Origin: Candidatus Sulfomarinibacteraceae bacterium
Lineage (GTDB): Bacteria > Acidobacteriota > Thermoanaerobaculia > Thermoanaerobaculales > Sulfomarinibacteraceae
DNA: 64,000 bases
Reading direction: 5' to 3'
Assembly: GCA_963796455.1 (NCBI GenBank)
Contig: CAWCLO010000010.1
Location: 64,001 to 128,000 of the forward strand
Shown: one piece after another, positions 41,401-49,498 of the stretch
Layout of the letters: each line of letters starts with the position of its first letter
Position numbering within the stretch: position 1 is the stretch's first letter
Notes under the pieces: generated by a model
Databases searched by the model: none
Told to the model about the DNA's origin: nothing
The model's input: only the letters and a program-made list of their open reading frames with translations
Made by a program: the position numbers and the translations under genes

Positions 41401-41492
41401 TTGGCCCGGCGGCCCTCGACTCGCGCTTCGGCATGTGGGATACCTTTCAACTCCCGCGGGAACTCCGCCTGACACTCAAGTTCGAGTTTTAG
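38463..41492 (+). CDS. TonB-dependent receptor (Oar-like, N-terminal carboxypeptidase-regulatory-like domain)
   Basis: Signal peptide, YRFPRLAPGNY, plug ENRYIIDG..EEVQVKSAGYMAEFGGSTGGVINVV, APRLGLAWD, terminal F. Confidence 0.92.
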   Translation: MRYAVVLLVVSLVIVSSLAAQETTGGLQGAVADKVGNPITGAVVEAKGPFGTVSTKSNTEGEYRFPRLAPGNYLVSASFEGYPTVESDPTRIVLGESATVDFTLRRESFSEEIFVYSDTVTIDFTENQTATNIHQYEIDYLPRGRDYTDVVTFAPGTVLNHQGGGIMIDGASGLENRYIIDGLDTTDPVQGDPGVPLRAEFIEEVQVKSAGYMAEFGGSTGGVINVVSRTGSNEFHGSLFVDIEENSWNGAARQEIEFHLNDPGASLVTYDKDDEVRYDPGFSLGGPILRGRFWFFASYLPGLRTTKRTINWVDHPPDVYRQNYRFDYGSFNLTANVSSALLIKAGLNVSPNTREGSLPNRDGRSGLPGQENWAPIGSKYDRETYHLSADWVVNNDLVLSGRGGLYHTNYETTGIESYDVIHQYSIYSVAGFCDRHPVVPSGACNNPGWYSDPLRTKWYRDIYERKGAALDGTWFFRGGGQHSLKAGYQTEEISNDKRAAWNAERVLYYWDRAYTTTTGDSVRGEFGVFLLNNPSTLGDVASRNQAAFVQDAWQVRSNVTLNIGVRIEKEEIPNYGATGPDPAISFNWGDKVAPRLGLAWDIRNDAKWKLYGSWGKYYDVTKYAVSGLLGSGRNVGYYYTFDHPEIFLNETPSCRTGNNTIFERPDCPAGTFIEAINWLPNSADPEVWEELGFPLIEPNLKPMETWEAQIGVDHQLTMNIQIGARFVHKEIVRTIEDVGILLPGIGEIYVIGNPGEGITIDVSDLPYAKPVREYDALELVLDKRFSDNWSLRAYFTLSRLWGNYSGLANSDEVNVVGNPLNPIGSGGRRSPNVSRLYDLPGSMYDQNGDFVYGRLATDRTHQLGAQFLYSIPFGLNVGVNQYIGSGTLISTKGSILGGDFYPYGRGDLGETPWITQTDLSLFYTLTLGRGLNFTVGLTVLNLFDEDTPTRKWPHVQTQNLGVTNEDFLTGFNYAEELAALGPAALDSRFGMWDTFQLPRELRLTLKFEF

Positions 41493-41548
41493 GAAGTGGA
41501 GGCAGCAATCGAGAAACCGGACCCGAATCGCCGGCGGCATTCCGATGA

Positions 41549-44500
41549 ATGACTGACCCCGACCTCCCCCCAACCCGCACTGAAGCAGAGAGCGAGACGC
41601 TCGATCTGAGGGACGAGCGGAGGACATTCAACGCAGGCCAGGTCGTCGGTGACCGCTACCAGATCATCGCCCTGCTGGGGCGCGGTGGGATGGGTGAGGT
41701 GTGGCACGCCTTCGATCTCAAGCTTCGCGTCGACGTGGCGCTCAAGGCCCTGCGTTCTGACATCTTCAAGTCGGAGAAGCGTCGCGAATCGCTTCGGCAG
41801 GAAGTACGCGCTGCCCGCGAGGTCGTTTCGCCAAATGTCTGCCGGGTCTTTGATCTTCACGAACTCGAAGGCCTTGAACTGGTCTCCATGGAATTCGTGG
41901 ACGGCCAGACCCTGCTCGAGGTTCTTCGCGAGCACGGTCCCCTCGACCTCCAGGAAGCCCAGGATCTGGCCTCGCAGATTCTGGCTGGGCTTGATGCCAT
42001 CCACCAGATCGGTCTTGTCCACCGCGACATCAAACCCGAGAACATCATGCTTACTCGAGCAGGGCGCGTCGTGGTCATGGACTTCGGCATCGCCCGCGAA
42101 GAACACGAAGGATCGGGCACCGTATCCGGCACCGCCGCCTACATGGCTCCCGAGCAGGCCGCCGGCCAGGCCGTGGACGCCCGTGCCGACATCTACTCCG
42201 CCGGAATCGTCCTAGCCGAGATGGTCAACCCCACTGGCCTCAAGGACCGGGAAAGTCGTGAAAGCGTCTGGGAAGCCGTGCGCGCCGAACCAATCACAAT
42301 CCCCGACTCGCCCTGGACCGCGGTCATCACCAAAGCGGTCGCCAAGGATCGCGACCTACGGTTCGACTCGGCCAACGAACTCAGCCGTGCTCTCGAAGAG
42401 GTGACCCTCCGCGTCGTCGGCGCCGACGATCTCCACCCCTACCCCGGTCTCGCCTCCTTCACCGAAAAAGACGCCGAGTACTTCTTCGGCCGTGAGGCCG
42501 AGGTCGAACAGATGTGGCGGACGCTGGAGGGACCACCTCGTTTGCTTGGATTGGTTGGTCCCTCCGGCGCCGGAAAGACCTCCTTCCTGAGGGCGGGCCT
42601 TCTTCCAAGCGCTACCTCGACATGGGTCGTGGTCCGCTGCAAACCCGGAACCTCTCCCTTTGTGTCCCTGGGCCAGGCGCTGGCGCCCGAGATCGCCAGC
42701 GACGCTGAAGCCATGCTCCTTTTGCCCAGGGTTCAAGAGCCCGGCACTGCTGTCCAGCTTGTCAATCGATGGTCGCGATCAGCGCCCAACTCGGTACTGA
42801 TCGTCGATCAGTTCGAAGAGCTCTTCACTCTCAACGCTGAGGAGGTGCAGGACCGTTTTTCGGGTTTCCTCTCGCGTTTACCTCTCGAGGCAAACGTTTT
42901 CGTGCTGCTATCGATGCGTGATGACTTTTTGATGCTGTGCCACCAGATTGAACGGCTTCGTCCCATCGTGCATGGTCTTACCCTTCTGGACCCGCCAGCT
43001 GGAGCAAATCTCCGTCGAGCCCTCGTCCACCCTGCGAACAAATGCGGCTATCGATTCGAGTGTGACGAACTCGTGGAGGACATGTTGGCTGAGGTCGAGG
43101 GCGAACGCGGCGCTCTTCCGCTTCTGGCCTTTGCGGCTGCCCGCCTTTGGGAAAAACGAGATCGTGAAACGGGTCTCCTTACACGCGTCGCATACAACGA
43201 TATCGGCGGGGTCGCCGGCGCCCTGGCCCGCCACGCTGAGGCGACTATCGATCGCATCGGCACCAGCCACATCACCATTGTCCGCGAGATATTCCGAAAT
43301 CTCGTCACCGCCGGGGGAACTCGCGCGGTCCGCGAATGGGATGAACTCCTCTCCATATTCAGCAATTCGCACGGCGAATCACCCGAGGAGGTGCTTCGTC
43401 AGCTGATCGACGCACGCCTGCTGACGTCCTACGAAATCCGTGAAGAGGACAAGGCATCGACGAGGATGGTTGAGATTATCCACGAGTCCCTCCTGGCCAA
43501 TTGGCCCCGGCTCGTTCGTTGGAAAACACAGGACCAGGACGGCGCGCAGATCCGCGATGAGCTTCGCCAGGCGGCGCGCTCATGGGACGAACACGACCGG
43601 CAAAATGATCGACTCTGGACCGGCACTGCATTTCGGGAGTACCAGCTCTGGCGCGAGCGATACCCCGGTGGGCTAACCGAGTTGGAGGAGGAGTTTGCCC
43701 GAGCCATGACCGCCCACGCCAGACGACGTAGTCGACGAAGGCGAACCGCGGTGGCCGCGCTCATTGTCTTGCTCCTCGGCGGTCTGGCGGTTGTCGGGTC
43801 GTTCTGGCGCCAAGCCGAGCACGCTGCGCGCCGCGCGGAGGCAGCTGAGCTGGTCGCCCTCGGCCAGCTGGAGCTCGAAGGGCACCCGACAGCCTCAGTG
43901 GCCCATGCCATCGCCAGCCTCGAGCTTTCGGACTCTCCGGCCGCGAGAATGTTGGCCCTCGAGGCGTTGTGGCAGGGCCCGACCGCGATCATCATCAACG
44001 ACGAATGGACTCTTCAAACAGTGTTCACGTCGGACGGAAACTGGTTGATTCAGTCGCGTTCGGCTACTGGAACCACTCCGCTGCGTGTAATCGGTGCCGA
44101 TGGCTCGAGCACGGTGCTGGAGCACACTCAAGGAGGCCACGCCGCCGTTGAAGAGGCGGGGGTTGAAAGCGGATACTTCGGGCTGCTGGGGTGGGACAAA
44201 AACAATACTCAGGATGTTCGATCCCTATGGTCTGCACCAGAGAAGATGCTGCTCGCAGAGGCACGGTACGACGGGAGGGGGTTGCTGGGAGGCGTCTCGA
44301 TTCGGTCGGACGATCGCCGAATGCTGATGGTCGTCCACGGGGAAGACGGCCGCCTTGCTGTCGATTCCCTCGGCTTCGACGGTGATCACACGCGTCTCGG
44401 GACCATCGATCTCGACCTCGATCCCGATGAGGACACATGGCTGGTCAGAATGAACAACACAGGCCGGCAGATCGCGGTGGCGACCGGCCAGAAAATTTAT

Positions 44501-46135
44501 ACGGTCGAGATCGGTGATCACGGGCCGTCCGAACCCCGGTTCCTGGGTCGGCAAGAGACTCCACTCATAAAAATTGACATGGATGAGCGGGGCCGCTTTG
44601 TCGCGACTGCCGACGAAAACTGCAGGATACGGCTCTGGTACCTCGATGGTTCTACGGCGCCGGTTGTGATCCAGGGTCCTGCGGAAGGGTGTTCTCTCCA
44701 CACTCCGTCGGACGCAGGGGATTATCTGGTGTCATCCGGCCGTATGAATTCCACCAGTGACCGTGAGTACTGGGTCTGGTCGCTTGAATCCAGGCAACCG
44801 CGGCTGTTGCGACGCTTCGATGTTGGTGGGAGAGGAATAACTGGATACTGGCTGAGCGAGAATTTCTGGGTCAGGAGCGGGCCGGAGCAGCAGGTCCGTC
44901 TATGGCCGATCACGGCGCCGCCGGATGCAGAACCGATCTCTTTGCGCCGAGGCGAGGTTGGCCGATTTGGATATGCGAGGTTCCATCCCAACGAAAAATG
45001 GCTGGTCGTACCGGACGAATCCGGGCTTTCCGTCTGGCCCTTGGCTCGAACCTACCCGACAGTTTTTCGGGCCCACACAGGTCACGTGAATGGGCTTGTG
45101 TTCGGGCCCGAGGGACATTGGCTGGCATCGTCATCAAACGATGGCACGGTCAGGATCTGGCCGCTCGAAGGCGAGCCCCCTCCACGGGGGTGGACCGTCC
45201 TCGATTCTCCTGACCAGCGGGAAATGATGCTCGGGCTGGCGAGATCACCTGACGGCAAGCTACTTTTCGTCGGGAACAGTCGAGATGGCGGCCACCTGCT
45301 GAATCTCGGTGACGAGATTTCCACCACTCTTGTTGACGCTCCAGCCAACCAGATGGGAGGCGAAACCCGTCCCTACGGAGAAACAGCCTTTAGCATCGAC
45401 GGGCGATTTGTGGCTGCGGCATCGGAAGACCTCGAGGATGCCCTTCGAAAGATAGGCGTATGGGACGTCGCTACGGGTGAGCAGATCAATGTGCTGGCGG
45501 AGGGCGAGGTAAATGGCTGGGGCACCCCCCGGTTTACCGAGGACGGTCGTCTCATGGCTTTGGGCCGTTCGGGGTTGCGCTGGTGGGATGTGAAAACCGG
45601 CGAAACCGAAATGGTGTTCGGCGGGGTCTTCCAAAGGTACGCGACGAGCCAGGATCGGCGCCGTCTGCTCCTCCTCGAGGCGTCCACTCACGTTGACCCT
45701 GGGCGCGCCATCTTTCTTGATCTCGATACCGGAGTCGTGACGCCTCTCGAAACTCATGGCAATCGCATCCAATCCGTAGCATTGAATCCGTCCGGTTCTC
45801 TTGCGGTCACCGGCGACAGGGACGGTATCGTTAGGGTTGGACCTGTGACAGGCGAAGAGCCTCGAATTCTTCTCGGTCACGAAAACAGTGTCGATCAGAT
45901 CACTGTGGATCCAATGGGCAGGTTGATCGCCTCTGCGGGAAAGGACCATTCAGTCCGCCTCTGGCCCATGCCCGATCTCACCAAGCCCCCGCTTCACACC
46001 CTGCCGCGCGAGGAACTGATCGCCAAGCTCAAGACCCTCACAAATCTCCGGGCGGCTCGTGACCCCGAATCTGCCACAGGCTGGACCCTGACCCACGCCC
46101 CCTTCCCCGGCTGGGAGACGGTGCCGACATGGTAA
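41549..46135 (+). CDS. Ser/Thr kinase - nSTAND1-type NTPase - TM - WD40 protein, paralog 3
   Basis: Same architecture, Walker A GPSGAGKTS, shared tail LKTLTNLR...W. Confidence 0.9.
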   Translation: MTDPDLPPTRTEAESETLDLRDERRTFNAGQVVGDRYQIIALLGRGGMGEVWHAFDLKLRVDVALKALRSDIFKSEKRRESLRQEVRAAREVVSPNVCRVFDLHELEGLELVSMEFVDGQTLLEVLREHGPLDLQEAQDLASQILAGLDAIHQIGLVHRDIKPENIMLTRAGRVVVMDFGIAREEHEGSGTVSGTAAYMAPEQAAGQAVDARADIYSAGIVLAEMVNPTGLKDRESRESVWEAVRAEPITIPDSPWTAVITKAVAKDRDLRFDSANELSRALEEVTLRVVGADDLHPYPGLASFTEKDAEYFFGREAEVEQMWRTLEGPPRLLGLVGPSGAGKTSFLRAGLLPSATSTWVVVRCKPGTSPFVSLGQALAPEIASDAEAMLLLPRVQEPGTAVQLVNRWSRSAPNSVLIVDQFEELFTLNAEEVQDRFSGFLSRLPLEANVFVLLSMRDDFLMLCHQIERLRPIVHGLTLLDPPAGANLRRALVHPANKCGYRFECDELVEDMLAEVEGERGALPLLAFAAARLWEKRDRETGLLTRVAYNDIGGVAGALARHAEATIDRIGTSHITIVREIFRNLVTAGGTRAVREWDELLSIFSNSHGESPEEVLRQLIDARLLTSYEIREEDKASTRMVEIIHESLLANWPRLVRWKTQDQDGAQIRDELRQAARSWDEHDRQNDRLWTGTAFREYQLWRERYPGGLTELEEEFARAMTAHARRRSRRRRTAVAALIVLLLGGLAVVGSFWRQAEHAARRAEAAELVALGQLELEGHPTASVAHAIASLELSDSPAARMLALEALWQGPTAIIINDEWTLQTVFTSDGNWLIQSRSATGTTPLRVIGADGSSTVLEHTQGGHAAVEEAGVESGYFGLLGWDKNNTQDVRSLWSAPEKMLLAEARYDGRGLLGGVSIRSDDRRMLMVVHGEDGRLAVDSLGFDGDHTRLGTIDLDLDPDEDTWLVRMNNTGRQIAVATGQKIYTVEIGDHGPSEPRFLGRQETPLIKIDMDERGRFVATADENCRIRLWYLDGSTAPVVIQGPAEGCSLHTPSDAGDYLVSSGRMNSTSDREYWVWSLESRQPRLLRRFDVGGRGITGYWLSENFWVRSGPEQQVRLWPITAPPDAEPISLRRGEVGRFGYARFHPNEKWLVVPDESGLSVWPLARTYPTVFRAHTGHVNGLVFGPEGHWLASSSNDGTVRIWPLEGEPPPRGWTVLDSPDQREMMLGLARSPDGKLLFVGNSRDGGHLLNLGDEISTTLVDAPANQMGGETRPYGETAFSIDGRFVAAASEDLEDALRKIGVWDVATGEQINVLAEGEVNGWGTPRFTEDGRLMALGRSGLRWWDVKTGETEMVFGGVFQRYATSQDRRRLLLLEASTHVDPGRAIFLDLDTGVVTPLETHGNRIQSVALNPSGSLAVTGDRDGIVRVGPVTGEEPRILLGHENSVDQITVDPMGRLIASAGKDHSVRLWPMPDLTKPPLHTLPREELIAKLKTLTNLRAARDPESATGWTLTHAPFPGWETVPTW

Positions 46136-46159
46136 CGGCCGTTCTTTACCAACGGTAAT

Positions 46160-46224
46160 GTGCAGGCGGGACGCCTGCACCACAAAGACACGGGCTCAAG
46201 TGTGGTGCGGGCGTCTCTCCTGCA
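46160..46224. repeat. REP-like family A, copy 2
   Basis: gtgcaggcgggacgcctgcaccaca...tgtggtgcgggcgtctctcctgca, an inverted pair. Confidence 0.75.
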
Positions 46225-46252
46225 TTTTGAGCGTTCCGTGGAACGACGTATT

Positions 46253-46402
46253 TCAGGAGTCCTGTGGACCCTCACCATCGTGCACTCTGTCGGGTGTGAT
46301 CGGCAGGAAAGGGTTTATCTCCTGGACCGAACCGTAGCGCCGGCCGTGGTTGAGGTCCTCGGTGTAGAGGATGGTGGCGCCGAGGCGTTTGGTGGCTGCG
46401 AG
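46253..46402 (-). pseudogene. C-terminal remnant of a PIN-domain (VapC-like) toxin
   Basis: Manual translation LAATKRLGATILYTEDLNHGRRYGSVQEINPF...stop resembles the PIN C-terminal pattern LYSEDLQHG...NPF. No 5' part is present. Confidence 0.7.
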
Positions 46403-46411
46403 GCTCGAAGA

Positions 46412-47526
46412 TCAGACGAGCGTTTGAAGGAAGTTGAGCGCCGGGGTCAAACGGAGTCCGTCTGGTGTGACGACGTCCTTCGTCCCGGACAACGCGAGCT
46501 GCCAGGCCGGGCAATCTGGAAAGCGTCGTTTGAGGTATCTCAGGCTGCGATCCGCCTTCGAGTCCGCAAGCTTGCATTCGACCATGAGGATCGGCAGATT
46601 CCTCTCGACAACCACAAAGTCGACCTCGCGGTCCTCCGAATCACGGAAGTACCTCAGTTCGAGATCGCGGCCTTGGGTGTTGTTCCGGAAATGGACCCAC
46701 TTGAGCAGGTGTGAGGCAACCAGATTCTCGAATCGCGCGGCCGGGTCGGGCACCAGGCTCCAGTCGAAGTGATAGTGCTTGCGGGCCTTCTTGACCGCGC
46801 GGATGCCAGGGGCGCCGAACGGTGGCAGGCGAAATACGGCGTACAGGCGTTCCAGAATGCAAATCCAATTCTCGACGGTCTTGTGGCTCAGCTGAAGATC
46901 CTCGCGCAGCGCGTTGACCGAAAGCGGCGCGCCGACGAGATCGGGGAGCCTGAGGACGAGCAGCTCCAGATTGCCGAGGTCCTGGACCCGCTCGAGGCTG
47001 GTGAGTTCCTCTCGAATGAGGAGGTTCCGGTACTCCCTCGACCACCGTCTCGCTTCGACCTCCGATCCCTCGAAGAACGGTTCGGGAAAGCCCCCGAGGG
47101 TCAGGAGCTGCTGAAGATCATCGGCCGATACGAGACCGAGTTCGGCGACCGAGAGAGGGTGGAGCTGGAGCATGTGGTACCGGCCCTGGAGGGAATCGCC
47201 GGAAAAACGATAGAGATCGAGGCGGGCGCTCCCTGTTACGAGAATCTGCTGCCCTTTCGGCGGCCGTCGTAAATCCCCTTCAGGTAGTTTCGCCAGGAAC
47301 GGTACTTGTGGATCTCGTCGAATATCCAGATCGGGCTCACCGGGAGCTCTCTCTTGAGGATCTGCTCGCGGTCCTCGGCCACGTCCCAGTTGAGATATCC
47401 GCCGACCGTGCCCGGCAGGCTCATTGCCAGGGTGGTCTTCCCGACCTGGCGCGGTCCAGCGACGAAGACCATCTTGCGCTTCAGGTCGCGTACCACCTGC
47501 GGCTTCAGATACCGATCAAACTGCAT
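46412..47526 (-). pseudogene. AAA_14/DUF4143-type ATP-binding protein with a frameshift near 47253 (possibly a sequence error)
   Basis: GPRQVGKTT and FDEIHK lie in ORF 47236-47526. ILVTGSARLD..DSLQGR, GGFPEP and REVDFVV..ECK continue in the next frame. Confidence 0.85.
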
Positions 47527-47632
47527 TCAAAGATATTATCTGAATTTTCTACCGTGGTCAAAAAAAACTATAGAATTTTTCGACTGTTGGCGAAATTTAG
47601 AGGAACTCCAAAATTTCAAATCCAGACAGCAC

Positions 47633-48757
47633 TCAATACCGCAACATCGCGGCGATCCCGCCCGGTTCAGCCAGGGCCTTTTTGGCGTCGCCATCGACTA
47701 CTTCGACCTTGCCGCTCATTTCGAGGACGGACTGGCTGAGGCGGTCGATGCAGTGGGGCAGCGGGTGGACGTCCTCGCCGCAGTAGACGCAGGGGCCCTC
47801 GGCATGGGGTGAGTAGGCACTACAGGATCCGCACTCGCCTCCTTTTGCGGTGAAGCCCTTGCCGTAGAGGAGGGTCCAGACCCGGCCCTGGTTGACGGCA
47901 TCGAGGACGGGGGCGAAACCGGCCACGGCCTTGCCGCGGTAGTGGAGTTCGGCGAGCACGCCCTCGACCAGCACCTTTTCGCGGTCGCGTTCCATTTTGA
48001 GCTGGACCTTGAGGATCTTTTTGAGGACTTCCTTCTGCGTGGCTCCGACCTGCATGCTGACGGTGTCCACCAGCTTGCCGCGCATCCGCTTGGGCAGCAG
48101 GCGGGTGAGCTGGCCGGCGGCCCTGGGCGTACCGCCGACGATCAGGCGATCATAGGGCCCGCGCAGGGCGAGATCGTGGAGGGCGTCGATCACCTTTTTG
48201 GCGTGCGAGGTCATTTCGTCATCGCGGCGTTGATCGCGGCGTTTCTGCGAACGCATCTGGTCGGCTCCGAGCGAGCGGCTTCGGGCGGTCGTATCGGAGA
48301 TGAGATCGTCGTGTTCGGTGATCTCGCCCATGTGGACAGTGAAGATCCGGGCTTTTTTGTTGTCGGTGAGAGCGACTGCATAACGCTCGTGCTCATCCAT
48401 GGCTTCGACGACCGGGCGGAGAAAGGCGCCACGCCGCCAGTGGATGGACGCGGCGAAGGCAAGCTCGATCTGGTGGGACTCGCAGAGCTTGGTCTCGGGG
48501 TGGACGACGATCAGCGCCGCCTTCCCCTTGGGTCTCATGTCACGTATGAGTTTGAGGGCCTGCTTGCAGGCGGTGTCGAGGCGATCGCTCTTTTTCTGCC
48601 CTGCCTTGAGTTCCTTGACCAGAGCCTCGGCCTGCACGATAAAACCGCGTTTGCGGTTGGCCTGCTTGTTCTGGTCGATATCCAGGTAGATCGTGAGCGT
48701 ATAGGCTCGTTGCTGAGTCAACGTATAGAGTCGGCTCAAGACACCACGTCCAAGCAT
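47633..48757 (-). CDS. Bacterial aeRF1/eRF1-superfamily (baeRF-like) protein with Zn ribbon
   Basis: LTIYLDID, ARIFTVHMGEI, RSQKRRDQR loop, DRLIVGG, CxxC..CxxC, and C-terminal GGIAAMLRY typical of eRF1/pelota domain 3. Confidence 0.8.
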   Translation of the reverse strand: MLGRGVLSRLYTLTQQRAYTLTIYLDIDQNKQANRKRGFIVQAEALVKELKAGQKKSDRLDTACKQALKLIRDMRPKGKAALIVVHPETKLCESHQIELAFAASIHWRRGAFLRPVVEAMDEHERYAVALTDNKKARIFTVHMGEITEHDDLISDTTARSRSLGADQMRSQKRRDQRRDDEMTSHAKKVIDALHDLALRGPYDRLIVGGTPRAAGQLTRLLPKRMRGKLVDTVSMQVGATQKEVLKKILKVQLKMERDREKVLVEGVLAELHYRGKAVAGFAPVLDAVNQGRVWTLLYGKGFTAKGGECGSCSAYSPHAEGPCVYCGEDVHPLPHCIDRLSQSVLEMSGKVEVVDGDAKKALAEPGGIAAMLRY

Positions 48758-48883
48758 GGTCACCTCCCTTTTGTCGCACCCATATTCATCATGAGGTTCC
48801 CTTTCATCATACTCCTCCCGGGTGGGGCAAGGGAATCTCCACCGTCAGGCGAATTCCGTTAGGATAGGCACCGAGGTGCGCCC

Positions 48884-49498
48884 ATGAAGAAGATCGATGT
48901 TCGCAAACTTGCCTGTCCCGGTCCGGTGCTCGAGCTCCGGGACCTTTTTGACGCCGGGGAGCGCGAAATCGCGATGCATGTTGCCGACGAACTGTGCCGC
49001 TCGAACGTCACCCGTTTTGCCAGCACACGAGGCGCTACGGTAGACGTGGACGAGCGAGGGGATGGAAGCTTTGTCGTCTCGATCACCGCCGGTGACGATG
49101 CCGCCACCAGCAGACCTGGAGAGGCCGAGCTGCTCACCGCCGAAGGACCGGTTCGCTCCGGCGGCAAGCTGATCGTTCAGATCACGGCCTCGACCATGGG
49201 CACCGGTGATGACGAACTCGGTGCTCTCCTGATGCGGTCTTTCCTGAAGACCCAGGCCCAGCTCGATCGCCGACCGGACGCGATCATCTTTTATAACGAC
49301 GGCGTCAAGCTCTGCTGCGAGAGCTCGGTGCTGCTCGAAGATCTGGAGAATCTGGCGGAGACCGGGGTGGAGCTCATCGCCTGCGGGACCTGCCTCAATT
49401 ATTTCGAACTGGCCGACCAACTCCGGATCGGACGGGTCACCGACATGCTCGAGATCGCCTCGCTGCTTGCAGAGGCCGGGGCCGTCGTCCGGCCGTGA
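48884..49498 (+). CDS. yedF: Sulfurtransferase-like selenium metabolism protein YedF (TusA + DsrE domains)
   Basis: IDVRKLACPGPV, MGTGDDELGALLM, FYNDGVKL, ACGTCLNYF. Confidence 0.9.
   Translation: MKKIDVRKLACPGPVLELRDLFDAGEREIAMHVADELCRSNVTRFASTRGATVDVDERGDGSFVVSITAGDDAATSRPGEAELLTAEGPVRSGGKLIVQITASTMGTGDDELGALLMRSFLKTQAQLDRRPDAIIFYNDGVKLCCESSVLLEDLENLAETGVELIACGTCLNYFELADQLRIGRVTDMLEIASLLAEAGAVVRP

Noticed and set aside
26996..46135. Diversity-generating retroelement (Avd-like gene plus variable receptors)
   Set aside because: No reverse transcriptase and no template/variable repeat pair with adenine-specific differences were found in the window.
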